A DNA stretch of 9,262 nt from an archaeon (GTDB lineage Archaea > Asgardarchaeota > Thorarchaeia > Thorarchaeales > Thorarchaeaceae), in NCBI GenBank assembly GCA_024275415.1, contig JAJRZD010000074.1:1-9262 (forward strand), given 5' to 3'. The first letter of the stretch is position 1, and each line of letters starts with the position of its first letter. Shown in pieces: positions 1 through 6,226 of the stretch. The notes beneath the pieces are model-generated. The model searched no databases and was not told where the DNA came from. It saw only the letters and a program-made list of their open reading frames with translations. The position numbers and the translations under genes were made by a program.

Positions 1-31
1 ATGCCATAAGAGTGTGTCCTATCAAACAATC

Positions 32-1873
32 CTATTCAGACATATATGGGTCCTCATCGATGTCTATCCCGAAGTACCCCATCTCTTCAAGAATGTCTTC
101 CATTGCTTCCGCACCTGAAACCCATGTCACCTTCCAATCTCCTTCAGGTGTCAAGATAAGTTCTACATCCGGAAGATCACCAAGCAGGTTGTGGTTCATC
201 TCGATGACATCTTGATATGCGCCTGTAAGAGCGATGACAAAATAGGAACCCTGTACATCCTTGAGCGACCCCACAGGTATCCCGAGCCCCATCTCTGCGT
301 TTGGCATTGCAATTGGTCTGTTGTCACGGGCAAACCACACCTCACCTACACCTTTCCTATGAAACTGGGATATCTCTCCATCAGAGTCGCAAGTGATGTC
401 CACAAGCCTGACCGTGGTTTCGGGTCTTAGATGGAGGTCTCTGACCGGGATGATGGGGAAATGCTGTTGAACCAGCACATGATCTCCAGCAGCATTGAAG
501 ACACTAAAGTTCCCGATGACGATGTGGTCAGGATACCAGATGTTTTCCAGTATCCTGTCTGACCTTAGGCTCTTGCTTCCCAATCGAGCAAGCTGACGCC
601 TCATCTCAGCACGAAGCTCGCCCACAAACCGCTCCTTGTCTAAGAGGCTCTCCAATGTTTCTGTTGTAGGTTTGGCGACTGAGAGATACTCATTCCAGAT
701 ATCCGCAAGCTCTGATATGGATGCAGCATCACTCAGTTTGTTTTTCCAATTCTCCATAACCTCCAGAAGATGTATTGGCAGTTCGTGTTCTGGTGGGAAT
801 ACTGATCTCACTTCAAGTGCTTTCACCACGACCATCGAGGACAACGCCGTAATTCCTCTTCCAGACTCGATCATGATGTCAGGCGGCTGTCGAGCGCTGC
901 CTATGTTCTTCACTTCATCTAGGATGCCCATTACGATTGCCTGTGCATACCGTTCCATCAAATTCGGGGAATGCGAACTCGTATAATCAATAGGCAAGCC
1001 ACCACCAAAGTCAATCCTCCGCAATTCCTTCAAGCCCCTCTCCCTTAGTTCGTAGAACACCCGAGTCATGAATCCGGCGAACCTTCCAAAGTCCTCGATA
1101 GCAGTGATTTGAGACCCAACATGTCCTAGAACCGTTGTGACACAGTTCTCGAAACCCTCCTTCTTGAGCAGGTCAATGACACTAAGAAGGTCGTGAATGC
1201 TCAGCCCGAACTTGGAATCCCTTCCTGCGGAGTGTGACCAATGTCCTCTGACCGTCAGATACGGCTTGATTCTAAGGACGAGAGATGTTTCTTGCGAACT
1301 CAGGATATCTACGATAAGTCTAGCCTCGTGGATTGACTCTATCGATATAGCAATGTTGTATCCATCTTTGACAAACTCCTCGATGGCTCGCAAATACTCA
1401 GGATCCTTCGCTCCATTGCAGATGATGAGCCTGTCCTTCTCGTCCTTAAGGACACTTCGTATGAGATACAATTCAGCCTTGGTTCCAGCCTCAAGCCCAT
1501 ATGACCTGTCTGCTTGCAGTACTGGGATAACGCAATCCTTCCGCTGATTCACCTTTACAGGATAAACAGCACCGAACTTCCCTTTATAGTCAAGTTCAGC
1601 CATGACTCTAGTGAAGGCGGACTTCAATTTGTGAATCTGGTAATGGATAAGCTGGGGCATCCTAAGTGTGAACGACGATGTGTATGCAGTCCTTGAGCCG
1701 TTTTCCGATTCGATCTTGCGGATGAGTTCGTCAAATGCAATGGTCTTGCCCATGAATCGGATGAACAGCTTGCCGTCATTCCCGATGTCAAGGAAATGGA
1801 GGTCATTCTTGCCAAGCCCATACACTACCCGCGACCTGTCTATTGTCCACTCTTTTGCCTTCACATGAGTCAC
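32..1873 (-). CDS. speA: Biosynthetic arginine decarboxylase (PLP-dependent, fold type III, SpeA family)
   Basis: 613-aa ORF with the SpeA motifs in order: YPVKVNQ (PLP lysine), GLEAGTKAEL, ICNGAKD, SKFGLS, HVGSQI, DFGGGLPIDY, ESGRGI, NFSVF, DITCDSDG, GAYQDV..NHNLLG. The annotated start is GTG at 1873. GTG at 1864 is at least as likely, because GGAAGTGA (1877-1870) lies 5 nt upstream of it. Confidence 0.93.
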   Translation of the reverse strand: MTHVKAKEWTIDRSRVVYGLGKNDLHFLDIGNDGKLFIRFMGKTIAFDELIRKIESENGSRTAYTSSFTLRMPQLIHYQIHKLKSAFTRVMAELDYKGKFGAVYPVKVNQRKDCVIPVLQADRSYGLEAGTKAELYLIRSVLKDEKDRLIICNGAKDPEYLRAIEEFVKDGYNIAISIESIHEARLIVDILSSQETSLVLRIKPYLTVRGHWSHSAGRDSKFGLSIHDLLSVIDLLKKEGFENCVTTVLGHVGSQITAIEDFGRFAGFMTRVFYELRERGLKELRRIDFGGGLPIDYTSSHSPNLMERYAQAIVMGILDEVKNIGSARQPPDIMIESGRGITALSSMVVVKALEVRSVFPPEHELPIHLLEVMENWKNKLSDAASISELADIWNEYLSVAKPTTETLESLLDKERFVGELRAEMRRQLARLGSKSLRSDRILENIWYPDHIVIGNFSVFNAAGDHVLVQQHFPIIPVRDLHLRPETTVRLVDITCDSDGEISQFHRKGVGEVWFARDNRPIAMPNAEMGLGIPVGSLKDVQGSYFVIALTGAYQDVIEMNHNLLGDLPDVELILTPEGDWKVTWVSGAEAMEDILEEMGYFGIDIDEDPYMSE

Positions 1874-1877
1874 TTCC
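1870..1877 (-). promoter_or_regulatory. Shine-Dalgarno-like GGAAGTGA for speA
   Basis: One mismatch to GGAGGTGA, 5 nt upstream of GTG 1864. Confidence 0.5.
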
Positions 1878-1891
1878 AGAGGATGATACCC

Positions 1892-3361
1892 CTACTGGGG
1901 CTCATCTTCTTTTATGGAGTCGAGCATCCCTTGGAACGCTCTTGCGAGGTCTCCAATCTCGTCATCCTTATCCATGTATCTCTTATCAACTTGAAGGTCT
2001 TCGGCATCAAGCTTCTCTTCCCTGATCATGGCTGAAACATTGCGAGTTGCAAGATCCATCAAGTACTGTAAAGGCCCAGTGATTTGATTGGCGACTGCAA
2101 CTGCCACCACAGCTGCCAATGCAATACCTCCTACAGTTATGGCAAGAATGAACATGGTGGCAGCAACATTGGCTTCTGTAATCCTTGCTTCAAGAAGTGG
2201 TATGGCTTCTTGCACCTCCTCCACAGGGACGATGATGATACAGATGTAGCCTCCAACTCCAACAGGTGTGTGAACAAGAATGAACTCCTTGTTATCTTTG
2301 CTGAACTCGATAGTTCCCGTTGTCCCTGAAAGGATCTGATTCATCTGGACTGTGGTCAATGCCGATGTTGTCCCGTCCACCTCGAACTCCTGAAGAGTAG
2401 GTAATCTCCCAAACTGTGTGTCGTACCGCTCATAGACATCATCGTCCACATTGGGGTGCGCTAGAATCTCACCTGACTGGGTCACCAATGCGGCATATCC
2501 TGTTTCTAAGATTTGAACATCAAGAATCTTTGATCGGATGTTCTCAATGGATATGTCACCGGCGACTATCCCGATTAGCGTTGCAGTATCATCGTAGACT
2601 GCTCTTCCAATTGACATCAGAAGGACGTTGTCTATTGGGTCCAGATATGGTCCATAGTAGACCATTTCTCCCATTCCTGCGCGGATTGCCTGATAGAATT
2701 CATCACCTGTAGGATACCATGGGTCTGTATTCCTATCAGTATCAGTTCCTCCTACGGAACTCCCAGGATAATTGATCCACAGGTCATTCTCAAAGCCAAC
2801 GTACAACCATCTGAACTCGGGTAACTGGGCATGGACATACTGGAACATAAAGTCGAGGTTGGAAACCCGTTCCAGTTTCTCTTGATTCGCAGTATAGTAG
2901 GTGGCGTAGTTAGTGGAATCCGAACCTGGAATGTACCAGCTACTGTAATTCCAGCTGATATTGATTCCATATCTGGAGTCATAATGCGTATCAGCAGGGT
3001 ATGTCCCAGCGGCACCGTATTGGAAGAAGTAGTCATAGTAAATGTTACTTCTTGGAAGGTAGGTGGAGCTCGAATCGAATAACTGCTCGCATTCTTCGGC
3101 GATAGCAGAAACCAGACCTTCGGCACTCTGCAACTTTTGCTTTATCACATCAGCATTCTCTTCTGCTGTTATCTCCATGTTCCTTCGGATCTGTTCCTCA
3201 AGTGCAAGCGAACTCTGACTGGTTGTAGAACTCCCAATCAAACCGATGAATTGGTATGAGATGAAGCCTGTTGCACCTAGTGATAGAATTGTTATCACTA
3301 GGAATGTTGCAATTACATTTCTCCGAAAACTCCCTTTCTTCTTTGTCTTTTCCATGGTCAT
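1892..3361 (-). CDS. Membrane sensor: TM1 - extracytoplasmic dCache_1-like domain - TM2 - HAMP, with no cytoplasmic output domain
   Basis: Basic N-terminus (KTKKKGSFRR), then hydrophobic TM1 (aa ~16-42). Cache signatures: WLYVGF..INYP, GPYLDP, IGIVAGDI, GYAALVTQSGEILAHP. TM2 at aa ~400-424. HAMP helices ITGPLQYL and DDEIGDLARAFQGML, with the stop ~9 aa later. Probable start is ATG 3355, 8 nt after GGAGG. Confidence 0.85.
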   Translation of the reverse strand: MTMEKTKKKGSFRRNVIATFLVITILSLGATGFISYQFIGLIGSSTTSQSSLALEEQIRRNMEITAEENADVIKQKLQSAEGLVSAIAEECEQLFDSSSTYLPRSNIYYDYFFQYGAAGTYPADTHYDSRYGINISWNYSSWYIPGSDSTNYATYYTANQEKLERVSNLDFMFQYVHAQLPEFRWLYVGFENDLWINYPGSSVGGTDTDRNTDPWYPTGDEFYQAIRAGMGEMVYYGPYLDPIDNVLLMSIGRAVYDDTATLIGIVAGDISIENIRSKILDVQILETGYAALVTQSGEILAHPNVDDDVYERYDTQFGRLPTLQEFEVDGTTSALTTVQMNQILSGTTGTIEFSKDNKEFILVHTPVGVGGYICIIIVPVEEVQEAIPLLEARITEANVAATMFILAITVGGIALAAVVAVAVANQITGPLQYLMDLATRNVSAMIREEKLDAEDLQVDKRYMDKDDEIGDLARAFQGMLDSIKEDEPQ

Positions 3362-3363
3362 CT

Positions 3364-3368
3364 CCTCC
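3364..3368 (-). promoter_or_regulatory. Shine-Dalgarno site GGAGG overlapping the upstream stop codon (TAGGAGG), consistent with translational coupling
   Basis: The minus strand reads TAG-GAG-GAG-ATG-ACC-ATG. GGAGG lies 8 nt before ATG 3355. Confidence 0.7.
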
Positions 3369-6208
3369 TAGTAATCGTCGGTTGTCCCTCCGACTTCCAG
3401 CTGTGCCATCATCACGGCGACCTCTTGGAACGCTCTTTCAATGTCCAACCTCACATTCTTGCTATCCACCACTGAGAAGTATTGACCTTGTGGGATAGAT
3501 TCACAGACTGACTCTAGTAACTCCTCGAATGTCATCCTCCGCCCTGTTCTTTCTGATCTGATATTCTCCTCGATTGGATTGGCCAATTCCTCTCCCACTC
3601 CAATGATGATCAAATTGACATCAAGGTGGTTATCTCGAATGAAACCCTCTATAGTAAGAGGTCTCCTTCTTCTTTGTCTGTCTTTCTCAGTCCGTATTCC
3701 TTTCAACATGTCAAGTGAGTACTTCTCAGAGCTATTATCTTGCCCATCCGTTAAGGCAATGACCCATCTGTGTTCGCTAGATTCGATTAGGTTTAGATCT
3801 TCCAGTGCTCTACCAAGTGCATCGTAGAATGCAGTAGCATAGTTCGGATACCTCAGAGAATCAAGCGCTTTCCATATCGGGCTATCTTTTGGATTCTCGT
3901 ATTCACCCTTTCTAGTAAGTGGAAGCAGCTGTTGGTATGAGCTGTTGAAGATGATTATGCCGACCTCATCTTGAGGGTTAATTTGACTAGAAAGTATCTC
4001 TTTTGCTCCAGTAACCGCAGCTTGAATCCGGTTCTGTGCTCTCATGCTTCCGGAGTAGTCGATGACAAATACCACGCTCTTCTTGAATTGTATCGAACGT
4101 CGCAGTTTCTCTGCTTGCCTTCGCAATTCGTGGCTTGACTCACCGAGTTGGTCTTTCACATCTGCAAGATGCTGCATGGCAACCACTTGCAATGCATATT
4201 CCTCGGTTCGCTCAGCATAGTTCACTGACTCTTGGTATGCGTTTTTCGCCTTTTGCCATTCGTCCTGCAACTCATGAAGTTCACCGATGTGATAGTTGAT
4301 GTATGCAAGCCCTCTATCGTAGTTGTGGTCTTCAGCTATACGTTTCGCCTCATTGAACTTGGAATAGGCTTGGCTATACTGTCCTTTCCGCATCATGACC
4401 AGACCCATTGCATCATATCGTCGGGCCAGTCCTCTTACATTCCCTATTGTCTGGTCAATGGCCTCTGCATCTTCAAGCCTCGATATGGCGTCATCGAATT
4501 CCTTCATGTCCATTTTTATGAGTGCAATGTTGTGATACGCTGAAGCAACTCGATCCATAGCATCGGTTTCATTCAGTCCACCTTCCTTTGCTTGCTTCAG
4601 AAGTTCTTTTGCAAGAGTAAGAGCCCGTTCGTAGTATTCTAGGGCATTCCCTGTATCTCCTCTTTGCCTGAAGACATTCCCAATGTTGAGATACATGGTC
4701 TGCTCCCCAATATCGATATCAAGCCTTCTACTGATCTCAAGCAGATTCTGGTAGTTAGACAATGCCCTGTTCAGGTCTCCACGGATGAATGCCTGATTTC
4801 CAAACCGGCAAGCTTCTTGAAAACTGAGAAGCGCGTCTACTGTCGTTCCGATTTCTTCATACATTGCTCCTGTAGCGGTGATGCTTCTCGTGAAGTCTTG
4901 TTTTGCCATCTTCTCCACGAGGTTTGTCATCTCCCTCAACGGCTCAACGACCGACTGTCCTCTCTTATAGGACACCACGCCCACAATTATCGCAACAGCA
5001 CCCAGCACTCCACCAAGGATGAGTGTCAGGAAGAATGTCTGTTGTTGCACTAGAGCAAGGATGTCCACTGCTGGCTGTACGACCTCAGATGAAGGAACCA
5101 CCACGGCAAGCAGGAATCCTGTGTTGTTAACACGTTCATAGGTGAAATACCACTCCTCTCCATCTTTGATGAAGGTGTCTTGTCCGCTACCCGAAGCAAG
5201 TGCACCGGTAAGGATGGATGAGAATGCGGTTCTTTCACTTGTTGATTGGAACTCAAGTTCGTAAATAGACTCGCGAGCGTCTGTCAGGTCTGGGTGAGCA
5301 AGAACATCACCATCCGATTCGAGGATGTATGCGTAGCCACTTTCCAGCACTTGGATGTCTAGGACACTTGTCAGGATTGTGTTCATGGTCACATCAGCTG
5401 ATACAACACCAATCAGTGTGCCATTGTCCCAGTAGATTGGCCTACCTAGTGAGATGACAAGTCCTGTTGAAGGGTCTCCGTATGGGCTAGTTATTACGAT
5501 TCCATCATCATTCATGGGGACTGCAGCAGCACTTGTGTACCATCCTTCTACCTGAGGATTGTAATCCTCGGCTGGTGTATCTCCAAGGAAATATTCGAGG
5601 TTATCGTAAGGATAGTTCTTGAACAAGTGGCTTGAGCTTACCGTTTCATCAAAGTACATGTACAGCCATATGTAATCAGAACTCATCTCATGCAATGACC
5701 GGAAGACATTGTCCATGTTGCTTGAAACATTGAGCAGATACTCTGTGGTAGTGTCAAGATTGAAGGGATCACCAGGTGTTGGATAGTAGTTTCTAGGCAT
5801 GTAGTAACAACTTGTTTCAAAGGAAATCGAGTACGAATCATAATCGGGGTTATATGAGGGGTCTAACCCCGGAACTGGATGCCCTCTCGAACTCTCTAAT
5901 GCCGGATCCCAGAAATAATAGTCTTGGGGGTTAGCATTTATCCTACCGTTAAAGAGGTCTTCTGCATACTTCTCCATGATATATACTCCATCAATGTAGT
6001 TCTTCATGCGCTCTTCGATGAACAGCGCAGTATCTCCTGCAATTCTCTGGAGATTTGCAACCTCTTCATTCTTCAGTGCTTGTGCAGCATCGCCTGCATT
6101 CTCATTTGAAACATTGAATATTGTCATCACTGATATTCCAGAGATGAACAGCATCGGGATCAATGAAACCGTCACGAATGCCACAATTATTCTCCTACTG
6201 ATTTTCAT
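3368..6208 (-). CDS. Membrane sensor: TM1 - dCache_1-like - TM2 - HAMP - TPR array - vWA (MIDAS) domain
   Basis: TM1 at aa ~7-30. Cache signatures: WLYMYF..KNYP, YNPQVEGWY, SPYGDP, IGVVSADV, GYAYILESDGDVLAHP. TM2 at aa ~392-413. HAMP: VVEPLREM...EEIGTTVDAL. About 5-6 TPR units at aa ~463-700 (e.g. YLNIGNVFRQRGDTGNALEYYERAL, YHNIALIKMDMKEFDDAISRLEDA). vWA at aa ~711-935 with VFVIDYSGSM (DxSxS), TAFYDAL and IALTDGQDN. Confidence 0.88.
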   Translation of the reverse strand: MKISRRIIVAFVTVSLIPMLFISGISVMTIFNVSNENAGDAAQALKNEEVANLQRIAGDTALFIEERMKNYIDGVYIMEKYAEDLFNGRINANPQDYYFWDPALESSRGHPVPGLDPSYNPDYDSYSISFETSCYYMPRNYYPTPGDPFNLDTTTEYLLNVSSNMDNVFRSLHEMSSDYIWLYMYFDETVSSSHLFKNYPYDNLEYFLGDTPAEDYNPQVEGWYTSAAAVPMNDDGIVITSPYGDPSTGLVISLGRPIYWDNGTLIGVVSADVTMNTILTSVLDIQVLESGYAYILESDGDVLAHPDLTDARESIYELEFQSTSERTAFSSILTGALASGSGQDTFIKDGEEWYFTYERVNNTGFLLAVVVPSSEVVQPAVDILALVQQQTFFLTLILGGVLGAVAIIVGVVSYKRGQSVVEPLREMTNLVEKMAKQDFTRSITATGAMYEEIGTTVDALLSFQEACRFGNQAFIRGDLNRALSNYQNLLEISRRLDIDIGEQTMYLNIGNVFRQRGDTGNALEYYERALTLAKELLKQAKEGGLNETDAMDRVASAYHNIALIKMDMKEFDDAISRLEDAEAIDQTIGNVRGLARRYDAMGLVMMRKGQYSQAYSKFNEAKRIAEDHNYDRGLAYINYHIGELHELQDEWQKAKNAYQESVNYAERTEEYALQVVAMQHLADVKDQLGESSHELRRQAEKLRRSIQFKKSVVFVIDYSGSMRAQNRIQAAVTGAKEILSSQINPQDEVGIIIFNSSYQQLLPLTRKGEYENPKDSPIWKALDSLRYPNYATAFYDALGRALEDLNLIESSEHRWVIALTDGQDNSSEKYSLDMLKGIRTEKDRQRRRRPLTIEGFIRDNHLDVNLIIIGVGEELANPIEENIRSERTGRRMTFEELLESVCESIPQGQYFSVVDSKNVRLDIERAFQEVAVMMAQLEVGGTTDDY

Positions 6209-6217
6209 GTCTTACAT

Positions 6218-6226
6218 TCACACTCC
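6218..6226 (-). promoter_or_regulatory. Shine-Dalgarno-like GGAGTGTGA overlapping the upstream stop codon
   Basis: The minus strand reads TAGGAGTGTGAATGTAAGACATG. GTGA ends 9 nt before ATG 6208. Confidence 0.55.

Noticed and set aside
1-31. Possible start of a further minus-strand gene at ATG 7 (e.g. agmatinase)
   Set aside because: Only two codons are visible, so neither existence nor identity can be supported.
1892-2100. Receptor 2 as a pseudogene truncated after HAMP
   Set aside because: No remnant of a TPR, kinase or other output domain follows the stop; speA starts within 18-27 nt with its own SD-like site. Kept only as a refutation test.
2200-6120. N-glycosylation sequons (NIS, NYS, NVS, NGT, NNT) in the sensor domains
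   Set aside because: Sequons also occur in the cytoplasmic part (NET, NSS), so no enrichment can be claimed.
1892-6208. Calling the receptors chemoreceptors (MCPs) or histidine kinases
   Set aside because: No MCP hairpin signature, H-box or ATP-binding N/G boxes follow either HAMP domain.
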